The notes under the pieces were generated by a model. That model worked only from the letters and a program-made list of their open reading frames with translations. It searched no databases and had not been told where the DNA came from. A DNA stretch of 27,859 nucleotides. It comes from a virus. Lineage: Duplodnaviria; Caudoviricetes. Made by a program: the position numbers and the translations under genes. Location of the stretch: the IMG/VR virus record IMGVR_UViG_3300020181_000320, positions 1-27,859 of that record; one strand, 5' to 3'. Each line of letters begins with the position of its first letter. Position 1 is the stretch's first letter. Shown here piece by piece: positions 1 to 7,931 of the stretch.

Positions 1-492
1 CTAACCAGCTCGCCGACGAAGCTGTCGCGAGGCGTACCGCCGAAGGTCGCCGAGTGAACGCGTCGACTGGCCGCGGATCTGCTTGCTGATCTCGCGGTGC
101 TCGAAGGTGGAGAGGTCGGTCAAACGGACGTAGAGCGTCCGCGGATCGACGACGAGTTGTTCGGCGATCTCCCCGGCGTCGTCGGACCAGAGCAGGGCGT
201 CGACAAGTTCAGAAATGATGATCAGCCGGCGAGCCGCGGTTGCGTGCACGCGTCGCTCGAGCCGAGTGTCGAGCCACGTCACGCCGCAGTAGCCGAGCAC
301 GTCGTCGCGTCGCTCGTGATGGACGACCTCGTGCGCGACCGTGCACCGCGCTTCGGCCTGGTTCAGGATCGGGTGAACCCGAATCCGGCCGCCGCGGTAG
401 TCGCCCCATCCTGTGACGGCAGACGACACGATCACCTCAGCGCCGAGCACCTCGGCGTGTCGATACGGGTCGTAGGCACGGCCCCATTTCAT
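1..492 (-). CDS. ImmA/IrrE-family metallopeptidase (putative anti-repressor protease)
   Basis: RCTVAHEVVH gives the HExxH motif, followed by E..V...AARRLI. Lies directly downstream of the XRE repressor on the same strand. Confidence 0.85.
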   Translation of the reverse strand: MKWGRAYDPYRHAEVLGAEVIVSSAVTGWGDYRGGRIRVHPILNQAEARCTVAHEVVHHERRDDVLGYCGVTWLDTRLERRVHATAARRLIIISELVDALLWSDDAGEIAEQLVVDPRTLYVRLTDLSTFEHREISKQIRGQSTRSLGDLRRYASRQLRRRAG

Positions 493-526
493 GCGTGTTC
501 CTCCCCAACACGCGGGCGGTGGGAAG

Positions 527-994
527 TCAGGCGCCGGTGTCCGGGCCGGGTTCGTCGGGCTGTTCAGCCTCGCTGAGCCACTCGCGTTCTTGTTGAACTC
601 TCGTTGGTTCCGTACTTGGGCTGTCGGCGACGAGCTGTAGAGGGTTACCCCCGCTAGACGTGGGATGTTTCACGCCAAGATCGGGAACAAGGGTCGTGAC
701 CTCCCTAAATCGCGTCTCGATCTCGTCGAGCAGCTCGCGCACCGAATACGCCGCGAGGCTCTGCCGGGCCTCGCCCGGCGCGAGCAAGCCAGCGCCGACG
801 AGCAGCGGCACGAGTGGCTCGCCGAGCGCTTCCGCGACGGCTCGTGCGTTCGGGATTGTGGGCGGTGAGCCGCGGTTCCGCCAATCCGATATGCGGCTCT
901 CCGAGACGCCGGCGGCGCGTGCGAGGTGCGCTGGTTTCCATCCGCGTTGTTCGAGTTGCGCTTGTAGGTACGTCCACCACTGCCCGTCAGCCAT
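527..994 (-). CDS. XRE-family HTH phage repressor (CI/ImmR-like)
   Basis: N-terminal HTH (GWKPAHLARAAGVSESRISDWRNRGSPP) and divergent from a cro-like gene. ATG at 994 chosen as start because a -10-like TAGGAT sits 7 nt upstream (leaderless). Confidence 0.88.
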   Translation of the reverse strand: MADGQWWTYLQAQLEQRGWKPAHLARAAGVSESRISDWRNRGSPPTIPNARAVAEALGEPLVPLLVGAGLLAPGEARQSLAAYSVRELLDEIETRFREVTTLVPDLGVKHPTSSGGNPLQLVADSPSTEPTRVQQEREWLSEAEQPDEPGPDTGA

Positions 995-1001
995 GAGCGG
1001 A

Positions 1002-1029
1002 ATCCTACTTCCGCGCACGGAAGTAGCAA
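1002..1029 (-). promoter_or_regulatory. Putative leaderless repressor promoter TTGCTA-N16-TAGGAT
   Basis: Minus strand reads ttgcta cttccgtgcgcggaag taggat tccgctc ATG. There is no SD sequence before the ATG. Confidence 0.6.
1005..1026. promoter_or_regulatory. Operator O1, palindrome CTACTTCCG-cgca-CGGAAGTAG
   Basis: Perfect 9-bp inverted arms. The 16-bp core CTTCCGCGCACGGAAG (1008-1023) recurs twice in degenerate form. Confidence 0.8.
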
Positions 1030-1057
1030 CACCCGTCGATGGTCGACGATCTAGCTA

Positions 1058-1073
1058 CTTGCGTACACGGAAG
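1058..1073. promoter_or_regulatory. Operator O2, CTTGCGTACACGGAAG
   Basis: Degenerate copy of the O1 core, also preceded by CTA. Lies just upstream of the rightward -35. Confidence 0.72.
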
Positions 1074-1075
1074 CG

Positions 1076-1105
1076 TTGAAACTCGCTTCCACCTGCCCGT
1101 ATGGT
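1076..1105 (+). promoter_or_regulatory. Putative rightward early promoter TTGAAA-N18-TATGGT
   Basis: Near-consensus housekeeping-sigma hexamers upstream of the cro-like gene. Confidence 0.55.
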
Positions 1106-1129
1106 CGATCTCCCTAGGGGGTTCGCGAT

Positions 1130-1145
1130 CTTCTACACGCGGAAG
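1130..1145. promoter_or_regulatory. Operator O3, CTTCTACACGCGGAAG
   Basis: Third 16-bp CTT..CGGAAG copy, adjacent to the cro SD (AGGAGGGG). Confidence 0.65.
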
Positions 1146-1162
1146 CAGGAGGGGAACGTTTA

Positions 1163-1423
1163 GTGACATCGCACGTACGCATCCGACCGGATGCGTTGAG
1201 CAAGATTGCCACTGCGAAAGGGCTGCGATCGCGGTACGCGCTCGCGAAGTGCCTCGGCGTGAGTCAGTCCACCGTCGGGCGGGTGCTCGACGGTGAGCAG
1301 TGGCCCGGAAACGAGTTCATCGCCGCAACCATCAACGGCCTCGGCATCACGTTCGACACGGTTTTCGAGGTCATCGGCGGGGATGTCGCCTCGACGCCCG
1401 AGTGCGCGGGGGTGGTCGGATGA
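1163..1423 (+). CDS. Cro-like XRE HTH regulator
   Basis: HTH SRYALAKCLGVSQSTVGRVLDGEQWPG, strong SD, first gene of the early operon. Confidence 0.85.
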   Translation: MTSHVRIRPDALSKIATAKGLRSRYALAKCLGVSQSTVGRVLDGEQWPGNEFIAATINGLGITFDTVFEVIGGDVASTPECAGVVG

Positions 1424-2325
1424 GCGCCGCCGCTGTTCGCGTGGGCACGTTCGAGCCAGGCTCGGCCGAGTGGCTCGCTGCGCGCGCGTCCGCCCTCGGC
1501 GGTTCCGAGGTGGCCGCCGTGCTCGGCCTCTCGCCGTGGGAGAGCCGGTTTTCGCTCTGGCACAAGAAGAAGGGCAACACCAGGCCGGCCGATGACAACG
1601 ACGTCATGCGGTGGGGTCGCTGGCTCGAGGACCCGATCGCCCGCGTGTTCGCCGCGGCGCACCCCGAGTACCGCGTGCGCCGGTCCGGCACCTGGGCCAG
1701 TCGGGCGCGTCGGTGGCAGATAGCGACGCCCGATCGGCTGCTGTCCAGCTTGACCGCTCGCGCGTTGCTCGAGGTCAAGACCGCGCACAACGCCGACGAG
1801 TGGGGTGAGCCGGGTACCGACGAGGTGCCGATCTACTACCGGACTCAAGCCCTGTGGCAGCTCGACACGCTCGGCCTGTCCCGCGCGCACATCGCCGTGT
1901 TGATCTCCGGCTCGGACTACCGCGAGTACGTCGTCGACTGGAACATCGCCGAGGTTTCCGTGCTTCGCGACGCCGCCCGCGAGTTCCTCGACACCCTCGA
2001 GCGCGACGAACGCCCGGACATCGACGAGCACACCGCGACCTACCGCACGGTGCGTGCGCTGCACCCGCTCATTGACGACGTCGAGGTCGAGATCGCCCCG
2101 ACGCTGGCCGAGCGCTACCGGGCCGCGGTCGCCAACCACAAGGCCGCCGAGGACGCCAAGCGGCGGGCGGCGGTCGAGGTGCTCGACGCGCTCGGCTCCG
2201 GCCGGCGCGCCGTGGTCGCCGGCGAGTCGATCGCCATCCGCGTACCGGGCACTGGCGACTCGCCGCCGTCGCTGCGCCCGTCTCCCATCCGTTCGACACC
2301 GCAGAAGGTGAGCGCCGCAGCATGA
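1420..2325 (+). CDS. YqaJ/lambda-exonuclease-family recombination nuclease
   Basis: Motifs WLAAR..LGGSEVAAVLGLSPW, G..LE, ATPDR, LLEVKT, YYRTQALWQL. ATGA overlap with cro. Confidence 0.93.
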   Translation: MSAAAVRVGTFEPGSAEWLAARASALGGSEVAAVLGLSPWESRFSLWHKKKGNTRPADDNDVMRWGRWLEDPIARVFAAAHPEYRVRRSGTWASRARRWQIATPDRLLSSLTARALLEVKTAHNADEWGEPGTDEVPIYYRTQALWQLDTLGLSRAHIAVLISGSDYREYVVDWNIAEVSVLRDAAREFLDTLERDERPDIDEHTATYRTVRALHPLIDDVEVEIAPTLAERYRAAVANHKAAEDAKRRAAVEVLDALGSGRRAVVAGESIAIRVPGTGDSPPSLRPSPIRSTPQKVSAAA

Positions 2326-3131
2326 CCACTCAGACCGTCACGTCGGCCGTCGCGCAGCAGCGGGACAACTCGCCGGCCGCGCTCGTACGCAAGTACCGCA
2401 CAGACTTCGCGACCGTGCTTCCCAGCCACATCAAGCCCGAGACCTGGCTGCGCATCGCTACCGGTGCCCTGCGCCGGAGTCCGCAGCTTGCGAATGCCGC
2501 GGAGAAGAACCCGACGTCGTTGCTCGTCGCGCTGCTCGACGCCGCGCGCAAGGGGCTCGAGCCGGGTACCGAGCAGTACTACCTAGTGCCGCGCAAGACC
2601 AAGCGCGGTCCCGAGGTGCTCGGCATCACCGGCTATCAGGGCGAGGTGGAACTCATGTACCGGGCCGGCGCGGTGTCGTCGGTCAAGGTCGAGGTGGTGC
2701 GCGAACACGACACGTTCACCTACAACCCGGGGGAGCACGACCGGCCGGTGCACGAGATCAACTGGCGCGCCGACCGCGGCGACCTGGTGCTCGTCTACGC
2801 CTACGCGAAGATGCGCGACGGGGCGACGAGCAACGTCTCGGTGCTCTCCGCCGAGGACATCGCCGTGATTCTGTCCAAGGCCGAGGGTGCCGACTCGCCG
2901 TTCTCGCCGTGGCAGTGGAACCCCAAGGCGATGTGGCTCAAGTCGGCCGCGCACCAGCTCGCGAAGTGGGTGCCGACCAGCGCCGAGCGGGTCTGGCAGC
3001 CCGAAGGGCCGCCACCCGAGGCGCCGCCAGCCGCGCCGGTCACCTTGCCCACCGCCGAGGACGTCGTCGACGCCGAAGTCGTCGAGGACTGGCCAGCCGC
3101 GCCGGCGGACACCGCGGACGGTGAGCGATGA
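2322..3131 (+). CDS. recT: RecT-family single-strand annealing recombinase
   Basis: VLPSHI...GLEP...YYLVP...GYQGEVELMYRAG...SPW...AMWLKS. Paired with the YqaJ nuclease. Confidence 0.93.
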   Translation: MTTQTVTSAVAQQRDNSPAALVRKYRTDFATVLPSHIKPETWLRIATGALRRSPQLANAAEKNPTSLLVALLDAARKGLEPGTEQYYLVPRKTKRGPEVLGITGYQGEVELMYRAGAVSSVKVEVVREHDTFTYNPGEHDRPVHEINWRADRGDLVLVYAYAKMRDGATSNVSVLSAEDIAVILSKAEGADSPFSPWQWNPKAMWLKSAAHQLAKWVPTSAERVWQPEGPPPEAPPAAPVTLPTAEDVVDAEVVEDWPAAPADTADGER

Positions 3132-3496
3132 CGGCGACCAGCGCGAAGGGGCTCGAGGTGATCGCCGACGAGCCGACCGAGGCGCCGATGCGCGCCAAGG
3201 GCGGCGCGCCGGTGCTCTGGCGGCAGACGCGAACGCTGCTTCTCGCCGACGGCTCAACGACGTACGGGTGCGTCCATTGTGACTACACCTCGGACAACAT
3301 GCACTCGATCCGGCCGCACCTGAACAAGCATCGGACCACGCCGGCCGCCGAGGTCGAGGTCGACCCGCTCGACGGGCTCACCCTCGGCGAGATCCGGCAG
3401 CAGCTCGCCGCCGCCGACGAGTGGAAGGCGCGCGCCGTGCGGGCCGAGCAACACCTGTCGATGCTGCGCTCGGCTCTGCGGGAGGTGACCGCGTGA
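3128..3496 (+). CDS. Hypothetical C2H2 zinc-finger / coiled-coil protein
   Basis: CVHC-x12-HLNKH followed by a helical C-terminus. ATGA overlap with recT. Confidence 0.7.
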   Translation: MTATSAKGLEVIADEPTEAPMRAKGGAPVLWRQTRTLLLADGSTTYGCVHCDYTSDNMHSIRPHLNKHRTTPAAEVEVDPLDGLTLGEIRQQLAAADEWKARAVRAEQHLSMLRSALREVTA

Positions 3497-3759
3497 CCGC
3501 ATCCGCGCTCGTGCCGACGGGCCGCGTTGTCGTCTGCTGCGCCGAACACCTCGGCGCCGGTTGCTGCGACCCGACCGACTGCTCGCCGTGCTGCCCGGAG
3601 TGCCCGACGTGCCCGACGGTCGCCGGACGAACGCCAGGGCAGCGGGTCTACGACATGTCCGGACACCGCGAGCTACTCGCCGACCTGGCCGAGTGGGCTC
3701 GCGAGATCCGGTCGCGTCCGTGGGAGGGGTCCAAGCCGTGGCCGACCAGCTCGCCCTAG
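3493..3759 (+). CDS. Small cysteine-rich hypothetical protein
   Basis: GTGA overlap and GGAGG SD. Contains CCAEHLGAGCCDPTDCSPCCPECPTC. Confidence 0.62.
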   Translation: MTASALVPTGRVVVCCAEHLGAGCCDPTDCSPCCPECPTCPTVAGRTPGQRVYDMSGHRELLADLAEWAREIRSRPWEGSKPWPTSSP

Positions 3760-4082
3760 GGTTCGCCGACCGGCACGACGGCCAAGAGGCCAACCTCGCC
3801 GCCGGGGTCGCTGTGAACCGCGACTACCGGGCCGCTGCCGAGGCTGCGCTCGCCGAACTGGTCCGCGAGGGCCGGCCCTTCACTGCCGAGGACGTCCGCA
3901 AGGCCGTCCCGAAGGACGTCGAGCCGCACTCGCCGAACGTCCTTCCGTCCGTGCTCGGCACGTGGGCCGCGCGCCGGCTGATCGTGCCGTGCGGCGAGTA
4001 CCGCAGCCGCCGGCGAAGCCGTCGCGCGAGCCGTAATCGGGTGTGGATCGCCCGCGAGCCACTCGTGGAAACGCTCTCGTAG
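3738..4082 (+). CDS. Hypothetical phage protein, possible winged-helix DNA-binding protein
   Basis: GGGAGGGG SD before GTG. FTAEDVR...LIVPCGEYRSRRRSRRASRNRVW pattern with a basic C-terminus. Confidence 0.65.
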   Translation: MADQLALGFADRHDGQEANLAAGVAVNRDYRAAAEAALAELVREGRPFTAEDVRKAVPKDVEPHSPNVLPSVLGTWAARRLIVPCGEYRSRRRSRRASRNRVWIAREPLVETLS

Positions 4083-4093
4083 AGCGATTTCCT

Positions 4094-4135
4094 GTCACTT
4101 TGTTGTCACTTCACGCCCCATTTCTTCCTTAGCGT
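4094..4135 (+). promoter_or_regulatory. GTCAC-N6-GTCAC direct repeat plus -10-like TAGCGT
   Basis: TGTCACTT occurs at 4093 and 4104 (11-bp period) in an AT-richer intergenic gap. TAGCGT at 4130-4135. Confidence 0.4.
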
Positions 4136-4230
4136 TTCGAGTCAACGCAGCAACAGCAGCACGTCACCGACCAGTGGCGGGCGCGGTGAAGTGCGCCCGC
4201 GTCCGCCACTGCACCACCCCAGGGGGACCC

Positions 4231-4473
4231 GTGATCATCGAATTTCCCAGCACCAGGACCGCGGCCGCGCCCGTGCGCAAGCTCGACGCACTCACCGTCG
4301 AGGCCGCGCTCAACGGCCGACGCACGTACGACGACCTGCACCCGCGCGAGGTCTTCGAGGTCGTCCGGATCGCTCGCCGCCGCGGCGACACCCTCGACCA
4401 GGTCGCCGAACTGCTCGACGTGGATTTCTTCATGATCGCCGACGAGTACGAAGCCGCGGCGGGGGTGCGATGA
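4231..4473 (+). CDS. Small HTH protein (sigma region-4-like)
   Basis: LHPREVFEVVRIARRRGDTLDQVAELLDV; GGGGGA SD; ATGA overlap with the next gene. Confidence 0.7.
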   Translation: MIIEFPSTRTAAAPVRKLDALTVEAALNGRRTYDDLHPREVFEVVRIARRRGDTLDQVAELLDVDFFMIADEYEAAAGVR

Positions 4474-5459
4474 ACGCTCGCGCACAGGACCGGCGCGAGT
4501 ACATCCGGCTCTCCGTCGACCTGCCGTTGCACCCCAAGCTCGTCGAGATCGACGACCCGGCCGCCGGCTGGTTGTACGTGACCGGGCTCTGTTACGCCGG
4601 CCAACACCTCACCGACGGGGAGATCCCGCCGGCCGCTGTCGTCCGGCTCGCTGGCGTGCACAAGCGGCTCGCCGACCGGCTCGTCGAGGTCGGTCTCTGG
4701 CACCGCCCCGGGCACGACTGCCCGGACTGCCCGCAGCCGCGCCGTGGTCACGTCATCGTGCACGACTACCTCGAGCACCAGCGTTCCGCCGGCGAAGCGA
4801 AGGCCCTGCGCGACGCTCGCCGCGAGGCCGGCAGCAAGGGCGCCGCCAAGCGATGGGCCAAGCAGCGCGACGCCGTCGAGGACCAGGTCGACGAGACCGA
4901 ACCCGGAGGCAAACGGGTAGCCGAGCCGATAGCAAATGCCATAGCCGACGCCACGCACGAGCCACAGCAAACGGGTAGCAACCCGATGCCAGAGGTAGAG
5001 GGAGAGGGAGAACTACTACCCCCTAACGGGGGTAGTAGCCCTGCGCGTGGGCGCGCACGTGCGCGAGGCACGACCACCGCGGCCGAACTCGCCGCTACCG
5101 CGTCACGTCCCGACGCGTACCGCCTGGTCACGGCATGGCGTGACCAGACTGGCGCCGCCTACCGACCGACGACGATTCGTGCCCTCGCCAAGCAGGCCGA
5201 CGGCATTTTGCGCGACGGTGGCGCGCTGGTCCCGCTGCGTGCCGCGCTCGACGAGTGGAACCGCCGGGCCGGTGCTCGTCCTGGCCTGTTGCCGCACCTG
5301 TACGACGACGCGGTCAAGGCTGCTCAGCTCGCCGAGCAGCCGGCCGCGCGTCCACCGGTCCGCAGTGCTCGAGGCGAGAAGGTCCGCGGGTGGCTCGCGC
5401 TCGCCGCCGAGCCCGCGCCCGTCGACGCCGAGCATCTCGCCGACGGGGTGCGCGCGTGA
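4470..5459 (+). CDS. Phage replication initiator-like protein
   Basis: N-terminal YIRLSVDLPLHPK...WLY..GLCYA..HLTDG.IP...HDYLEHQ, then AGSKGAAKRW and a low-complexity linker whose DNA carries repeats. Followed by a G39P-like gene. Confidence 0.72.
   Translation: MNARAQDRREYIRLSVDLPLHPKLVEIDDPAAGWLYVTGLCYAGQHLTDGEIPPAAVVRLAGVHKRLADRLVEVGLWHRPGHDCPDCPQPRRGHVIVHDYLEHQRSAGEAKALRDARREAGSKGAAKRWAKQRDAVEDQVDETEPGGKRVAEPIANAIADATHEPQQTGSNPMPEVEGEGELLPPNGGSSPARGRARARGTTTAAELAATASRPDAYRLVTAWRDQTGAAYRPTTIRALAKQADGILRDGGALVPLRAALDEWNRRAGARPGLLPHLYDDAVKAAQLAEQPAARPPVRSARGEKVRGWLALAAEPAPVDAEHLADGVRA
4909..5038. repeat. Iteron-like direct repeats and 11-bp inverted repeat (candidate replication origin)
   Basis: GCAAACGGGTAGC at 4909-4921 and 4967-4979, further (A)TAGC units, a GA-rich tract, and CTACTACCCCC-taac-GGGGGTAGTAG at 5013-5038. 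Confidence 0.6.
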
Positions 5460-5971
5460 ACCGGGCCGAAGTCGCGACCCTGCTCGGCGCCGCCTCGGCC
5501 GTCGACCCGAAGGTGCCGCAACCCGATCCGGACGTGCTCACGATGTGGGCCGGCATCCTCGACGACGTCCCGGCAGACGTCGCCGGCGCCGCCGTCCGCG
5601 CGCACTACCGGCACAACGGCGAGACCGTCATGCCGGCCGACATCGTCGAGTACTGGCGAACGATCCGTCGCGACGCCGCCGAGCATGAGCACAACGCGCG
5701 TTTGCGAGCCCGTGCCATCGAGCGGCCGCCGGACCTGCGCGCCATCCGCGACGGTGTCGCCCGAGTCACCGCGGCACTCGCGATCACCCGCGGAGTCGAT
5801 CCCGAGTACGCCGAGGCCGAAGTCGAGGCCCGTCGCGCTTACCTCGCCGTGGCGTGCACCTGGTGCAAAGCCCGACCGGGCGCACCGTGCACCGGTCCCG
5901 GTGGCAAGCCGCTCACCAAGCAGCCCGCGCACGATGCCCGGCTCGCCGACGCGCTCGCGTCCACACGTTAA
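5456..5971 (+). CDS. G39P-like helicase loader/inhibitor with C-terminal phage zinc finger
   Basis: MNRAEVATLL...W..IL.DVP..VA.AAV..HY....MPADI pattern and C-terminal CTWCKARPGAPC...H. GTGA overlap. Confidence 0.65.
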   Translation: MNRAEVATLLGAASAVDPKVPQPDPDVLTMWAGILDDVPADVAGAAVRAHYRHNGETVMPADIVEYWRTIRRDAAEHEHNARLRARAIERPPDLRAIRDGVARVTAALAITRGVDPEYAEAEVEARRAYLAVACTWCKARPGAPCTGPGGKPLTKQPAHDARLADALASTR

Positions 5972-5987
5972 ACACCAGGGGGAACCA

Positions 5988-6089
5988 ATGAACAACCACG
6001 ACGAGACCACCGCGGCGACCGGTCGCCGGCGCCGCCGCGCGCACGCGCGCGTCGACGCCGGCTCGGTGGACGGCAGGGCGCCACAGTGA
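5988..6089 (+). CDS. 33-aa small ORF
   Basis: GGGGGA SD and ATG. Its stop overlaps the whiB start (GTGA). Confidence 0.45.
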   Translation: MNNHDETTAATGRRRRRAHARVDAGSVDGRAPQ

Positions 6090-6595
6090 CCCGCCGGCCG
6101 TCGTGGCGCGAGCGCGCAGCGTGCCGCGGGCGCCTCGACCTCGATTTCATCGACCCGGCCGACGAGCAGGTCGACCAGTGCCGCGCCGTGTGCGCCGAGT
6201 GCCCGGTGCGCGAGCTGTGTCTCACCGACGCGCTCGCCGCCGGGGAGGCGTGGGGGATCTGGGGAGGGCTCGACGCCGACGAGCGAGCGGCGGTCGCCGA
6301 ACAGGACGGACACCCCGCGCCGACGGTTCGGCCAGCGCACGGAACGAACGCCCGGTACGCGAAACACCGGTGCCGCTGTGAGGCGTGCACCGCGGCGCAC
6401 GCCGAGTACGAGCGCGAGCGCCGCGCCCGTCTGCGGGCTCGCCGTCGCGGAACGGTGCCGCGCGCGTACGTGCTCGCCGAGCCGGTCCGATGCGGTCGCA
6501 CGTGGGCCGGCGCCGGTCAGTACGTGCTAGCGCTGCCTGGTCTCCCGATCCCGGTCGAGGCCGAACCCGACGAACCGCTCGGCGCGGCCGCGTGA
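6086..6595 (+). CDS. whiB: WhiB-family Fe-S transcription factor with extra HGT..CRC..C domain
   Basis: WRERAAC...CAECPVRELCL...WGIWGGLDADER, then HGTNARYAKHRCRCEAC. Confidence 0.9.
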   Translation: MTRRPSWRERAACRGRLDLDFIDPADEQVDQCRAVCAECPVRELCLTDALAAGEAWGIWGGLDADERAAVAEQDGHPAPTVRPAHGTNARYAKHRCRCEACTAAHAEYERERRARLRARRRGTVPRAYVLAEPVRCGRTWAGAGQYVLALPGLPIPVEAEPDEPLGAAA

Positions 6596-6918
6596 ACGGC
6601 ACCGGTCGTAGGCTGTCCCGACTCGACACGAAGGAAGGTTCGTTGAGCGCACGCGCATTCGCCCGAAGCACGCTCATCGCCGGTGACCCGGTGAACTGTC
6701 GACACGAACACCCGCACAAGCCCGGCCGCGTGTGCCTGCTCGCAAAGGCGCACGGCGGACTCGGCGCCGCCGCACCGCACCGCTCGGTCGAGGGTGACGA
6801 GTGGTTCGACGCCGTGTGCCGCGAATGCCGCGGCGCCGGCTCGGTCGACGGCACCGAGTGCGCGCCGTGCGCCGCCGTCGGGTGGGTACTCGTCACCCGG
6901 GCCGCCGGCGCTGCGTAG
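6592..6918 (+). CDS. Small protein with DnaJ-type zinc-finger repeats
   Basis: CRECRGAG...CAPCAAVG. Alternative TTG start at 6643 after AAGGAAGG. Confidence 0.6.
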   Translation: MNGTGRRLSRLDTKEGSLSARAFARSTLIAGDPVNCRHEHPHKPGRVCLLAKAHGGLGAAAPHRSVEGDEWFDAVCRECRGAGSVDGTECAPCAAVGWVLVTRAAGAA

Positions 6919-6963
6919 CCGTCGCGCCCGGTCGGTGACACGGCCGGCTCGAGGCTCCAGTGC

Positions 6964-7830
6964 ATGATCGACACGTGCGCCGCCCCGTTCTGCGCCAACG
7001 CCACCACCGGCGGCACGGTGTGCCCGTCGTGTCTCGGCCGGCTCCGATCCGACCTGGTCGACGTCGCCGAGCTGGTCGACTACCTCGAGGACACGGTCGC
7101 CCGGCTCGCGAACACCGGGCCGCCGCGGGTCGGCTCGCGGCCGGCCGAGACCGGGCTGCCGTTCAACGTCGGCGCCGCCGAGGTACGCGACGTCGTGCAC
7201 AACGTGCTCTCGACGTGGGTGCGGGACTTGTGGGAGACGCACGGCTTACGCCGGCAGGTACCGACCGGCGAGACCGCGCCGGACGGCTCGCCGCTCACCG
7301 TCGCCGAGCTGGACCCGCTCGACCTCGACGACACCGTGCCCGAGATGGCCGCGTGGCTGCGTCGACACCCGTCGTGGGTCGAGTACCACCCGGCCGGCGG
7401 CGAGCTGGTCGACGAGATCGGCGACGCCGTCGAGCAGGTCCGCCGGGCCGTCGACCTCCCACCGGCGCGCGTGTACTGCGGACCGTGCCCGGACTGTTCG
7501 GCCGACCTCTACACCCGACCCGAGCGGGCCGTCGTCGCGTGCCGCGAGTGCGGAATGCGCCATGACGTCGAGGCCCGGCGTGGGACCTTGCTCGACGCTG
7601 CCCGGGACGTCGAGGCGACCGCGGCGGAGATCGCCCGCGCGTTGCCGAAGCTGCTCGGCCGCGAACTGTCGGCGAACACGCTGCGCACGTGGGCGCGCGC
7701 CGGCAAGCTCGACAAGCGCGAGCCCGACGAACACGGGCGGTCGCGGTATCGCGTCGGCGACGTCATCGACCTTGCGCTCGTCACCCCCGCGCGAAGGCGT
7801 GTAACCCGCGAACCGGCCGGTTGTGCTTAA
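6964..7830 (+). CDS. Zn-ribbon plus C-terminal MerR-like HTH protein (putative late-gene regulator)
   Basis: CxxxxC..CxxC N-terminus, CPDC...CREC, and C-terminal ANTLRTWARAGKL...YRVGDV. Last gene before terS. Confidence 0.68.
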   Translation: MIDTCAAPFCANATTGGTVCPSCLGRLRSDLVDVAELVDYLEDTVARLANTGPPRVGSRPAETGLPFNVGAAEVRDVVHNVLSTWVRDLWETHGLRRQVPTGETAPDGSPLTVAELDPLDLDDTVPEMAAWLRRHPSWVEYHPAGGELVDEIGDAVEQVRRAVDLPPARVYCGPCPDCSADLYTRPERAVVACRECGMRHDVEARRGTLLDAARDVEATAAEIARALPKLLGRELSANTLRTWARAGKLDKREPDEHGRSRYRVGDVIDLALVTPARRRVTREPAGCA

Positions 7831-7873
7831 ACTGGCGATTAGCAGCGGGTGAGCTGTACCCGCACCACGATCC

Positions 7874-7914
7874 GACAGCCCCGGACTACCCTCCCCCCTC
7901 GGTCCGGGGCTGTC
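7874..7914 (+). terminator. 13-bp perfect stem-loop (terminator-like or leader structure)
   Basis: GACAGCCCCGGAC-N15-GTCCGGGGCTGTC between the regulator and terS; no U-tract. Confidence 0.5.
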
Positions 7915-7931
7915 TGCTGCCCGGGGGCGAG

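Noticed and set aside
1086-1101. Possible fourth CI operator (CTTCCACCTGCCCGTA)
   Set aside because: Only the left half-site matches and the conserved CGGAAG arm is missing.
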